Source of the DNA: Candidatus Latescibacterota bacterium
GTDB lineage: Bacteria > Latescibacterota > UBA2968 > UBA8231
Reading direction: 5' to 3'
DNA length: 64,000 nucleotides
NCBI GenBank assembly: GCA_965208105.1
Contig: OZ242318.1
Coordinates: 4,640,001 to 4,704,000 of the forward strand
In this document: positions 45,676-54,545 of the stretch, piece after piece
How positions within the stretch are numbered: the stretch's first letter is position 1
Layout: each line of letters starts with the position of its first letter
Program-made: the position numbers and the translations under genes
The notes under the pieces: model-generated
Seen by the model: only the letters and a program-made list of their open reading frames with translations
Told to the model about the DNA's origin: nothing
Databases searched by the model: none

Positions 45676-48075
45676 CTAAAAGATCAGCACCGACACGGAC
45701 TTCTGGATCAGCGCCACGGCAATGGAAGCCATGCCCATCAGCGCCATGCCGCAGGCAAATCCCACCGCCAGGATCGGGGCGTACTGGCGCCATTGCTTTT
45801 TGCCGTACTTGTTCCAGAAATAGTAGCGGGCAAGCAGGGCCCCGACCATCTCGGTGACGAAGAAGTGGGGGATATGCGTCAATGCCCGGACGTATCCGAA
45901 AACCAGCAGGATTGGCAGGCCGAATATGGACAGGAGAACATAGGAGACCAATCCGATACCCACGCCGAGAATGATGATATCGCGCTTCATGGCGCGGAAG
46001 AGCCAGGGCTCGTCGGTAGAGCGTTGGATCCACGGGCTGGTGAATTGGGGATCGGTGTCTACTTCGAAGTAATAGATCCAGCCCTCGGGCACGGTTTCCA
46101 GGGAGAGGACCCGGAGTGTGGGTTTGGGACTGCGCATGATTTCCTGGTCAGCTGCCGGCGCAACTGCCTTTATCGGGGGTCCGGTCGACGGGGCGAGAAT
46201 CTCCTGCGCCATGGCTCCGGCGGGCCGCTCGGGGATCACATCGGGCTGGCCTTCGGCGAAGTAAGTGAAAAAAGCCCGTTTCTCCGTCCAGGGGCCGGCC
46301 TCCCCGCGCTTGCCGGTGCTGTCCAGCCATTCCCGGTCGACCAGACGGGCGCGCCAGTACCACCACTCGTTGGCAGTCAGGTTGGCGGGCGTCCAGGCAA
46401 TGTCCTTTCCGTCCCGGGAGATCTCCAGGTGGCTGCGCATCGTCCCGGTGTACCAGATGCACAACTGGTATGCCCGCAGGCGCCAGATCAGCTGGGCGTA
46501 AGGGTAGGAAGCCGATGGCACCGGAGCCAGTTTCCAGATATAGGACCCGTAGAGGAAGGTGGCTCCCAGGACAATGGGAATCATGAACATTTCGGCCTTG
46601 ATGATGCTCGTGAACCTGGTTCCGGTCAACTCGATTTCGCGGAACTTCTGGGTCATGGCGCCGTAATTGCCCAGGGGAAAGGGAATGAACCAGATGCTCA
46701 CCCCCTGGTACCCGGAGAGAATTATCGTGGCTTCGCGCACGAAGGGAATCTCAACCGTCTGTCCAACCATCCCCACCAGGCGGGCGTTGACGAAGGATTG
46801 AAAGGGTGTGAAGATGAACCCGAAAAACAGAAAGAACCAGATAAAGTGGCTGAACTCGGGCAGGAGGGCCCAGGCAATCGCGATGAGGCCGGCGGTTCCG
46901 GCAATATAGAAGCTCAGCGCAACCCATATCGGGAAGTCTCCACGGCCCTCGGGGGCTTTGAAGCTGCGCTCCCGTCCCTGGGCCTTTTCAAGGGACGCGG
47001 TGCGCAAACTTTGAACAACCTGATAGACTCCGATCAGGGCGATGGCGATAGTGGTTCCGATGCCGAAGCTCATCCAGAAGTCCACCTGATTGACAAAGAA
47101 GGTATCTACCGTACCCATGCCTGGCTGCCACGTGGACAGATATCCCGCCTCGTAGAGAAAGGGATTTACAATGGAATGTACCACCACCCCGAGGAAGGTC
47201 CCCATCACCGCCCAGAAGGGCATTACCAGCCCGGTGAAGATGGGGCCGAGATGGGCGGTGAATCCCAGCGGAGTGGCGGGGATGAAATTCCCGGTTACCT
47301 GGGTGAAGTCGACGAAGGGAATGGGGATCAGCTGAATGGGCTCGGTCAGCAGAGCGCCGCTGATGGCCGGAATGGCCACGTATATGGCGCCGAATACGAG
47401 ACCGATCATGGCGCCTGCGGAGAACACCCGCCAGCGCCAGCTTTCCAGTCCCTGGGTGGTCTCGGCCAGCGCCGTGGCCCCCTGTGCGGCCACGGGTGCA
47501 AATGGGAACGGCAAGCGCTCATAGTCGGAGTTGACCCGAAACAGGATGTAGGCCATGGTAAACCACAGGACCCGCGAGATTACCATGCCGGCGATCATCA
47601 GCGCGATGGGCACTGCCCAATCGCGGTGGAAGAAGGTGCGCAGCACCAGGGCTTCCGAATCGTAGGAAGGGGCCCACCAGGTAGGGATCAGTTTCGTGAG
47701 TCCGAATTGCTTGGCCGCGGGAGACTGCACCAGGTACTGGTTCCAAAGAAGTCCCTCGAAGACCCCGGTCTCGGCGGCGATCAGGCCTGCCGCCACGTAG
47801 TAGAGGAGGTAGACTTCCTGGCGCCTGAGGGTGGTGAACGAGCGCTTGATGACCTCGGCGAAGAGGATGATCGTGACCCATTCGGCCGCTGCCCCGAGTG
47901 AGCCTCCGACCATGAGACTGAGGTACATGTTCCCGGGGATCATGACGAAGGCCACGAACAGAACCCCGAGAACTGCCTTGATGGTAAACCCCTCCTCGAA
48001 TTGAGACGGGGTTTCCATCAAGTCGCGGTATTCTTCAATCTCTTCGTTTGGGTTGGTCTTCTTGCGTCCGAGCAC
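45676..48075 (-). CDS. OPT-superfamily-like peptide transporter with inserted soluble domain
   Basis: 'GFTIKAVLG...PGNMYLSLMVG' and 'ERLPFP' match OPT family motifs. Many TM helices and a ~140-aa hydrophilic insert near the C-terminus. Confidence 0.72.
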   Translation of the reverse strand: MLGRKKTNPNEEIEEYRDLMETPSQFEEGFTIKAVLGVLFVAFVMIPGNMYLSLMVGGSLGAAAEWVTIILFAEVIKRSFTTLRRQEVYLLYYVAAGLIAAETGVFEGLLWNQYLVQSPAAKQFGLTKLIPTWWAPSYDSEALVLRTFFHRDWAVPIALMIAGMVISRVLWFTMAYILFRVNSDYERLPFPFAPVAAQGATALAETTQGLESWRWRVFSAGAMIGLVFGAIYVAIPAISGALLTEPIQLIPIPFVDFTQVTGNFIPATPLGFTAHLGPIFTGLVMPFWAVMGTFLGVVVHSIVNPFLYEAGYLSTWQPGMGTVDTFFVNQVDFWMSFGIGTTIAIALIGVYQVVQSLRTASLEKAQGRERSFKAPEGRGDFPIWVALSFYIAGTAGLIAIAWALLPEFSHFIWFFLFFGFIFTPFQSFVNARLVGMVGQTVEIPFVREATIILSGYQGVSIWFIPFPLGNYGAMTQKFREIELTGTRFTSIIKAEMFMIPIVLGATFLYGSYIWKLAPVPSASYPYAQLIWRLRAYQLCIWYTGTMRSHLEISRDGKDIAWTPANLTANEWWYWRARLVDREWLDSTGKRGEAGPWTEKRAFFTYFAEGQPDVIPERPAGAMAQEILAPSTGPPIKAVAPAADQEIMRSPKPTLRVLSLETVPEGWIYYFEVDTDPQFTSPWIQRSTDEPWLFRAMKRDIIILGVGIGLVSYVLLSIFGLPILLVFGYVRALTHIPHFFVTEMVGALLARYYFWNKYGKKQWRQYAPILAVGFACGMALMGMASIAVALIQKSVSVLIF

Positions 48076-48097
48076 GGGACGGCTCCTCCCTTTCCCT

Positions 48098-51000
48098 TTA
48101 TGCTGTTATCTCGGTGCGTTCGCCTGCCAGGATCTGCCCGCCCTGCTCCCTGTAATTTTCCTTGGCCTCGGCATCCACAGTGCGCCAGATTAGAAACTGT
48201 TTGCGGATTACGTTCATGAAACGCTGGTTCACCCGGCGCCAGGAGGCATCCTCGCCGCTGAGGCGTTTGATCTTCAGGGTGATGGTGTAGATTTGGTGTT
48301 CGGACTCAGGGGTGGCGTGGAACACCACGTTCTGGCTCACTCCCAGGTCGAAGGGAGCCAACCAGATATTCATGTCGATGATGTAGCCTTCCCCGTCATC
48401 GGTTTCGAAACGCCGCAGATTGGCGCCATCGGTGTAGAAGGTGCCGATGGATTCCTCGCTGTAGGAGTCGAAGTAGCCGATGAGAAAGACGCAAAGCCCC
48501 AGCACCTCGTGGCCGCTGACCGTGAATGGAAAGTCGAAGTTCCACTGGTCTCCCTGGGGAGGAGGAAGTTTCCACCTACGGGTCACGTCCGGGACCGCCA
48601 TCTGGGAGGCCTTGCGGGCGGGATAGATAGTCGACAGCATGACCACGACCATCACCAGTATACAGGATGTAACCGCTGCCAGGGAAGAGTAGTTGAGGGT
48701 AAAGCCGGACAGCAGGTCCAGCACTATGAGCCCCTTGGCGATCATTTGTCCTGCGAGGTATCCGGCCACCACCCCGAGGACCGAATATACGCAGGACTCG
48801 GCAATGAAGAGCCATGAGATGTGCCGGGGAGCCAATCCCACCGAGGAGTAGATGCCGATCTCGCGGAATCGTTCGTAGACGCTGCCCATCATGGTATTGA
48901 GGACGATGAGCGATGCGATCAGGATGGGGATGAACAGGTTGGCCAGGCCGGAAAACGAGGTCAGCCCGAGGGAGCTGTAGATCGACACTTTGATATACTC
49001 GTCCCCTTCTTCCCTGATCCCGGCGAACAGGGTGACGGCCAGACGGGATATGAACTCCTCGATCTCCCTGCGCTCGTCTATCCCTTCGTGGAAGCGAACC
49101 GCCACCGATTGCAGCGGGTTGCCGCTTCCCACGTTGCGGAGGGTGTGGTAGGGGGTGATGAGAATGTTGGCCGGCTCCAGGTGGACGAACGGCTTGATTA
49201 TCACCTTGGCATCTTCCAGCCCCTGCTTTTCGCGCTCTTCCTCCTCCTCGATCTCCTGTACGGCCTGCCCCCCGGTTACGGCGAAGTCGGCCGGGGTCAT
49301 GATCTCGTCGTCCAGGTCCTTGAGATCCTTCATGCGCTTGGAGTCGATGACCCCGATCACGGTGAAGTGTTCGCCGAAGACGCGCACTCGTGCGCTTCCC
49401 ACATCGGCCAAATCCAGGTTCAGGTTGTCCGCTCCTATCATGTCGTTTGGCAGGATGCACACGTTCTCTTCGCCGGGTCGAAACCACCTGCCCGCCACCA
49501 ATGCCCGATCCATTCCGGTAACTTCCTGTTCAGTGGGAGTCAATCCCAGAACTCCCAGGGCGTTGTGGGAGCGGGACCCGTGCTTGATCTTTATGTGGGC
49601 TTTCTCCTTGTTGGTATACCAGCTCCGTGGTGCGATGGCCGCGATTTCGTGGAAGTTGCTGTTGGCGTATTCCAGAACCGATTCTTCCAGGGGAAGCCAG
49701 GCTTTGCTGCGTATCAGGAGTCCTTCATAGAGCCCCTCGTTATCGCGTTCGATCTGGTTGAAGCGCAGACCGGTTTTGATGGAGGTGAAGGAGAGTACGG
49801 TGAATGTGAGAAGAAGAAGGGTGGCAAAGGTTAGGGCGGTTCGCGTCTTGCGGCGTTTCATGTTGGAAATACCCAGTTGAAACGCGGTCATCGAGGCGCT
49901 GGAGCGGCTCACGTCGGTATCGTGAATGACGGCCACTTCGGTTCGCAGCTTCTTCATCTGCTCGTTGAATCGGCCGGAAATTATCCACATTACCAGGACT
50001 GCCAGGGCGAGAATCACGAATGCGAGCAGGATAACGAAAGGGTTGGAAAGCTGGAAGGCGGGATGCACTTGCCAGAGGATTATCCAGATCACCAGGAAAA
50101 CCCCGACGAATCCGAGGATTTGGTTCTTTATGGTGGCGGCGGTGATAAGGAGGCGTTCGGCGAAAAAAGCGCAGGGGATGACCAGGGCCATGAAGAAGAT
50201 GATTCCCTGGATGACATCGTTTTGGGTCGATTTTACGTCCGGATAAGCGCGAGATTCAAGGCCGATGGCGGAGCGGGTATGGCGCACGAAGTCGCTCCAT
50301 TTCTTCTGTCCCAGGGCCGCCTCCGCGGCATCGAGCTCCACCTTGGCGCGGCCATGAAGGTTGTTGAGCCGCTGGTTTTCAATTGCGAAACTCTTGAGCT
50401 CCGCCATCCGCGCTTCATCCAGGTTCCACATGTCCCTTGCGGTCAGGAACGAAGTCCTGGCAAAGGAAGTCTCGGAGTCGATGGCGAAGCCGGCGCCCTC
50501 GGCGGCGTCGATGTCCATGTGGGTCCCGGCATTCAGCAGCAGGGAGCGAAAGCCCAGGATGCTTGCCCCGAAGCCCATCTTTACCTGAGTTCCGGGACGC
50601 GCGAAGAGCACCCCGACGGGCTCGTCCTTGGACGAGGGTCCCTCCCCGATGGTGTAGCCGTATTCAACCGGGGCGCTGTTGCTCTCGTCGAAAACGCTGA
50701 CCGTGGACAACTTGGTCAGATAGCGGGGATCGACAATGTCGTAGAAATTGTAGGCCTCGCAGGGGAAGAGGATCACCATCCACTCTTTGTCGCGCCAATC
50801 CATTTCGATCAGCATGGGGTAGGTCTCGTCGCCCTGCACGCCGCGGTCGGGAGCGTAGGTGATTTTTCCCGTGATCGGATCCATGTAATAGCCTTCGATC
50901 TGCAGGTTCTTGACGCGAATCCGATTGACGTAGAAGGTTCCGTTTTCGTCCACTGTTTCGAAGTACTCGCCGCGCACCCCCTTGTAGGATTTTTTCTTGC

Positions 51001-52855
51001 CGTTGCGCACCACGGCCACGGTTTCCGTTCGCGGCAAATCCGGTACGATACTGCGTCGAGGAAAAACCATTGTTTTTCCCCTCAGGGTGCGAAGATTATC
51101 CTTCAGACGCATTTTGAAGTCGGGAAAGAGCTCCGGGTCTTCGAAAGCCATGTGGAACATTCCCGCGAGCATGCGGATTTGCTTGGACAAATTTGTGAAG
51201 TTGACCCGGTCGGCCTTGTCCAGAGGCGTATCCACCAGGAATCGGGCGTCGTTCACCGTCACGAAGGCCAGGGCCGGAGTGCCGGCGTCGAGGACCAATT
51301 CGCTGTTCACCGAAATTTCCCCGGGTACGAATGTTTCCCAGCTCATCCCGCCTTCGGGGCTGATGCCGTTTATCAGCACGTCCTTGGGATTGTAGCCCAA
51401 TTCCCGGCTGATGAGGCGGGCGTAGCCAATGAAATTCTTTCCGAAGGGAGCGAAGTAGCGTTTGTAGTAGAAGCTGGTGTTGCTGTTCCACACCCCCAGT
51501 TCGTCGGTCTGCGAGGAAAGGTCCAGGCTGACAAAAAGCTTGATATCGAGAGAATCGACCTTGGGATTCACCCAGGTCCGATATAGATCCAGCTTCAAAC
51601 TCTCGTCGTCGATCAACTCCTCCAACAGATCCTCCTGGGTGGCGAAACTGTCCTTTTGAAACAGCAGGCGCCCCCCTTCCCTGCGCACGATGCCTTCCTC
51701 CAGGCTCGCGTTCAGCACCTCCGCAACCAGCGCAGTATCCCTGTCGGTGGCCGCGCTGCGTACCAGGGCTTCCTTGCCAAGAAATTCTTCACGACCCACC
51801 CGATAGTACACGCCATCCTGATCGATTCGGCCCTGGGCCAGCGCCGCTTCCACCGTTCTGCGAATCAACATGTGGTCTACGAAAGGGTCCTCCTTGCGCA
51901 GATAGCGCTGGATGAAATCGTCGACCCCGCGCAAGCCCAGGTGGTGGGCGGAGGTGGCCAGGAAGATGACGCTCCGCGCCGGTGGGTTGGCCTGAAAATA
52001 ACGCGCTAATTCCAGAAGAGCGGTGATGCCGGAGGCTTGCTCGGCGCCGGGAGCGAGCGCTGGAACCACCGACATGGCGTCGTAGTATGATTCCAGAACA
52101 ATGACCTCGTTGCGCAGGAGTGGATCATAGCCCGGGATGGTGGCGAAGATATTCCATGCCGGCCGCCGCTCCCAGTCCATGCGGTATTCCATCCGCACAT
52201 CCACTGGACCGGATGCGGCGATTGCCTCCCGTAGACTTTCACCGTTCAGTTTGGAGATCCAGAATCTGGGGATGTCGAGAGGCATGGTGAGAAACTTCTT
52301 TTCCCCCTCGAGGTAAACCGTTGAATCAGGTTCGACAAAGAGGACGGCAGAGGCTCCTAGGTAGGCGCTGTTGAGCCAGTTGTCTCCCGAGTTGAAGTCC
52401 ATCAAGACGATGGCGTCCTCGATATCCTGGCCGTCCATGTCGGAGAATTCCCCCGAACCGGCATCGATGATTCTTCCCCGCAGCCCTCCCTCGGGCAGAG
52501 TGGAGGTCTTCACCAGGTTGGGCCAAAGGCCATGGAGGGGAAAACCTTCGTCCTGGCCGACAATTTTGAGGAGGCCGCCTTGCTCAAGGGGAATCGAGAT
52601 GTCGTATTCCTGGACGGTGATCCCCTTCAGGCCGATATCGCGGAATGCTTTCTGAATGTGATGTGCTGCCTTCTCGGCCCCGTCATAGCCGGATACCCGG
52701 GACCCCAGGCTGGCGAAAAACTCCATACTGCGTTCCAGACGTTCCTCCGGCGCCGTATTCCTCAGCGCGTCGAAATCTACGGCAGCGTCTGCAATAGTCG
52801 CGTCGAGGCAACTTATGAGCCCCCACAACCATAAGCTTGCCAGGCGCCTAATCAT
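48098..52855 (-). CDS. PA + M28 peptidase-like domain fused to MacB/FtsX-type permease (~1585 aa)
   Basis: Signal peptide from the ATG at 52855. M28 N-terminus 'SRVSGYDGAEKAA', PA-like 'IIDAGSG...IVLMD' and M28 core 'SGITALLELARYF'. MacB TM1 'NMKRRKTRTALT' and FtsX 'VYERFREIGIYSSVG...IYPARKAS'. Confidence 0.85.
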   Translation of the reverse strand: MIRRLASLWLWGLISCLDATIADAAVDFDALRNTAPEERLERSMEFFASLGSRVSGYDGAEKAAHHIQKAFRDIGLKGITVQEYDISIPLEQGGLLKIVGQDEGFPLHGLWPNLVKTSTLPEGGLRGRIIDAGSGEFSDMDGQDIEDAIVLMDFNSGDNWLNSAYLGASAVLFVEPDSTVYLEGEKKFLTMPLDIPRFWISKLNGESLREAIAASGPVDVRMEYRMDWERRPAWNIFATIPGYDPLLRNEVIVLESYYDAMSVVPALAPGAEQASGITALLELARYFQANPPARSVIFLATSAHHLGLRGVDDFIQRYLRKEDPFVDHMLIRRTVEAALAQGRIDQDGVYYRVGREEFLGKEALVRSAATDRDTALVAEVLNASLEEGIVRREGGRLLFQKDSFATQEDLLEELIDDESLKLDLYRTWVNPKVDSLDIKLFVSLDLSSQTDELGVWNSNTSFYYKRYFAPFGKNFIGYARLISRELGYNPKDVLINGISPEGGMSWETFVPGEISVNSELVLDAGTPALAFVTVNDARFLVDTPLDKADRVNFTNLSKQIRMLAGMFHMAFEDPELFPDFKMRLKDNLRTLRGKTMVFPRRSIVPDLPRTETVAVVRNGKKKSYKGVRGEYFETVDENGTFYVNRIRVKNLQIEGYYMDPITGKITYAPDRGVQGDETYPMLIEMDWRDKEWMVILFPCEAYNFYDIVDPRYLTKLSTVSVFDESNSAPVEYGYTIGEGPSSKDEPVGVLFARPGTQVKMGFGASILGFRSLLLNAGTHMDIDAAEGAGFAIDSETSFARTSFLTARDMWNLDEARMAELKSFAIENQRLNNLHGRAKVELDAAEAALGQKKWSDFVRHTRSAIGLESRAYPDVKSTQNDVIQGIIFFMALVIPCAFFAERLLITAATIKNQILGFVGVFLVIWIILWQVHPAFQLSNPFVILLAFVILALAVLVMWIISGRFNEQMKKLRTEVAVIHDTDVSRSSASMTAFQLGISNMKRRKTRTALTFATLLLLTFTVLSFTSIKTGLRFNQIERDNEGLYEGLLIRSKAWLPLEESVLEYANSNFHEIAAIAPRSWYTNKEKAHIKIKHGSRSHNALGVLGLTPTEQEVTGMDRALVAGRWFRPGEENVCILPNDMIGADNLNLDLADVGSARVRVFGEHFTVIGVIDSKRMKDLKDLDDEIMTPADFAVTGGQAVQEIEEEEEREKQGLEDAKVIIKPFVHLEPANILITPYHTLRNVGSGNPLQSVAVRFHEGIDERREIEEFISRLAVTLFAGIREEGDEYIKVSIYSSLGLTSFSGLANLFIPILIASLIVLNTMMGSVYERFREIGIYSSVGLAPRHISWLFIAESCVYSVLGVVAGYLAGQMIAKGLIVLDLLSGFTLNYSSLAAVTSCILVMVVVMLSTIYPARKASQMAVPDVTRRWKLPPPQGDQWNFDFPFTVSGHEVLGLCVFLIGYFDSYSEESIGTFYTDGANLRRFETDDGEGYIIDMNIWLAPFDLGVSQNVVFHATPESEHQIYTITLKIKRLSGEDASWRRVNQRFMNVIRKQFLIWRTVDAEAKENYREQGGQILAGERTEITA

Positions 52856-53025
52856 GAGATGTACCTTCCCGGTGAGAGCAGTGGGCAGATTCGGTCCCGT
52901 GTGAATGTTCGGTGTAAATATAAGCAAATGGCATCAAGGTTCCACTGCCAGGTAGAGAGGCATCGCATCCACCCGGGAGATCTCCGGATTCTGGAAATCC
53001 ATCACCGGTTCCCCGGTTAGCGGTC

Positions 53026-53544
53026 CTATTGCTCAAGCCAGCCATTTGCGCGCAATTTTCCAAGTGTCCAGTAAACAAGCAGGCCGATGAGTATCCCGCT
53101 CGCGAGACCCGTGGCAAGAAATATGGGCAGGAGGAAGAACAGGGAAGCGTGGCCGATGTAAAGGTAGGCCAGGAGCAGTTGGACAGATTGATGAATCAGA
53201 GCACCCAGGGCACTCAGGCCCACGGGGCTGAATAGTTCCGGCTTACTTTTGAAAACCCCTGCCATTACGGCGAGGCTGGCCATCCCCGCGCCCCCGGCGA
53301 TTACGAATGCAGGTCCTCCCAGACTCCCGCTGATCAGCCCGCCCACAAGCAGCTTGATGGCGCTTACTCCCAGTGCGGCGAGAAAGCCGTATACCATCAA
53401 TGCGAGCAATACTGCCAGATTTCCCAATCCCAACTTCATCCATGGCAGGGGCCTCGGGACCAGTGATTCGAAAACGAACAAGACCAGAGCGGCGCTTCCA
53501 AATAGTCCCAGCCGGGTGAGATCCCTGGCGGAAATAGAATTCAT
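53026..53544 (-). CDS. Gx transporter family / heptaprenyl-PP synthase component I-like membrane protein
   Basis: 'LFVFESLVP.PLPWMKLGLGN' and 'FSPVGLSALGALIHQSVQL'. Confidence 0.82.
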   Translation of the reverse strand: MNSISARDLTRLGLFGSAALVLFVFESLVPRPLPWMKLGLGNLAVLLALMVYGFLAALGVSAIKLLVGGLISGSLGGPAFVIAGGAGMASLAVMAGVFKSKPELFSPVGLSALGALIHQSVQLLLAYLYIGHASLFFLLPIFLATGLASGILIGLLVYWTLGKLRANGWLEQ

Positions 53545-53990
53545 CGGCTCACCATGTCGAAACCCTTTCCATAAGTCCTGCCCTGGACCCGTAATACCAG
53601 GCGGTTGGGTACGCAGACTGCCGCCTCACCCCGGCGCCGCACCCATCCCCTGCGCACGCAGAGAAGTTGCGGGCATGGAGCCGCAACAATCCGGGCGGCT
53701 CCTTCGCGGATTTCCACCTCGCTGATCCCCTTTGGACCATCCAGGCGCAAGGACCGCGGTTCCGAGAGTGGGTATGGTCCGAACACCTCTGCAGCTACCT
53801 CGACCACCACCTCTGCACCGTCAGGGGAGGGATCGAACTGGTAGGCTGAAAGGCCAATAATAAAAAGCGCCGCACCGAGTATCAATAGCTTGTCGGCCCT
53901 GGTTAGAATCGCCCACCACGCAACCAGGGAAGCCAGGGGTGAATGCCTGGAGTGGCTCGGTGGTTTTTCCCGTCCGGGCTTACTTGACAT
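53541..53990 (-). CDS. NusG domain II (DUF1312/Lin0431-like) protein
   Basis: TM helix, then 'GPKG...VEI..G.ARI..APCPQLLCV..GW...GEAAVCVPNRL'. Overlaps the Gx gene. Confidence 0.82.
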   Translation of the reverse strand: MSSKPGREKPPSHSRHSPLASLVAWWAILTRADKLLILGAALFIIGLSAYQFDPSPDGAEVVVEVAAEVFGPYPLSEPRSLRLDGPKGISEVEIREGAARIVAAPCPQLLCVRRGWVRRRGEAAVCVPNRLVLRVQGRTYGKGFDMVSR

Positions 53991-54012
53991 TATCTGCGAT
54001 CTTTGCTAAACT
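53984..54012 (+). promoter_or_regulatory. sigma70-type promoter for rpsU
   Basis: TTGACA (53984-53989)-N17-TAAACT (54007-54012) with an extended -10 TG. Confidence 0.65.
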
Positions 54013-54168
54013 TTCTGGGATTTCCAGGGTCTAACTTGTTGAATTACGGCTACTTCAGCAATCGATTCTCGACCCATAATTCAAGATTCGCGGTCCTGGA
54101 CGACCTCATTCGAACACAGCTCGACCCACTGCAATGTTCCAATTCCGCGTACCGTGAAGGAGCTATCT

Positions 54169-54372
54169 ATGAGTTGCAATTTCAGCGTTGAAATCAGAGG
54201 CGGCGAACCATTCGAAAAAACCCTGCGTCGTTTCTCGGCAAAATTGCGAAAAACAGGCGTACTGCAGGACTTGAAGAGACGCCGCTTTTTCGTCAAACCC
54301 TCCGTCCAGAAAAAGATCGATCGCCAAAAGAGCATACGCCGACAGCAAAAAGCTCAGAGGCTCGCGCGATAA
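54169..54372 (+). CDS. rpsU: 30S ribosomal protein S21
   Basis: 'VEIRGGEPFEKTLRRFSAK..KTGVLQDLKRRRFFVKPS'. SD GAAGGAG upstream. Confidence 0.93.
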   Translation: MSCNFSVEIRGGEPFEKTLRRFSAKLRKTGVLQDLKRRRFFVKPSVQKKIDRQKSIRRQQKAQRLAR

Positions 54373-54545
54373 CTCCGACCTCTCCGAGCGTCTGCCGGAT
54401 CTGAATCGGTTGCCCGAGTTTAAACTTCCCGATCCCCGGGACCTCGCTGCCTTGCCGTCCGCGCCTCCTCACGTCGCGGTAGCCGTTGGGCGCCGAAGCG
54501 AGTAGTCCTTCAACCCAGACTCACCCACATCGCGGGTGGATCGAA

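Noticed and set aside
45670-47901. 743-aa + strand ORF
   Set aside because: It lies entirely antisense to the OPT gene and has no recognisable motifs, as expected for a GC-rich shadow ORF.
49877-51586. 569-aa + strand ORF (also 48821-49834)
   Set aside because: Antisense shadows of the M28-FtsX gene.
43700-53026. Complete RiPP biosynthetic cluster around the PqqD gene
   Set aside because: There is no maturase or credible precursor ORF. The only radical SAM enzyme in the window is housekeeping RlmN.
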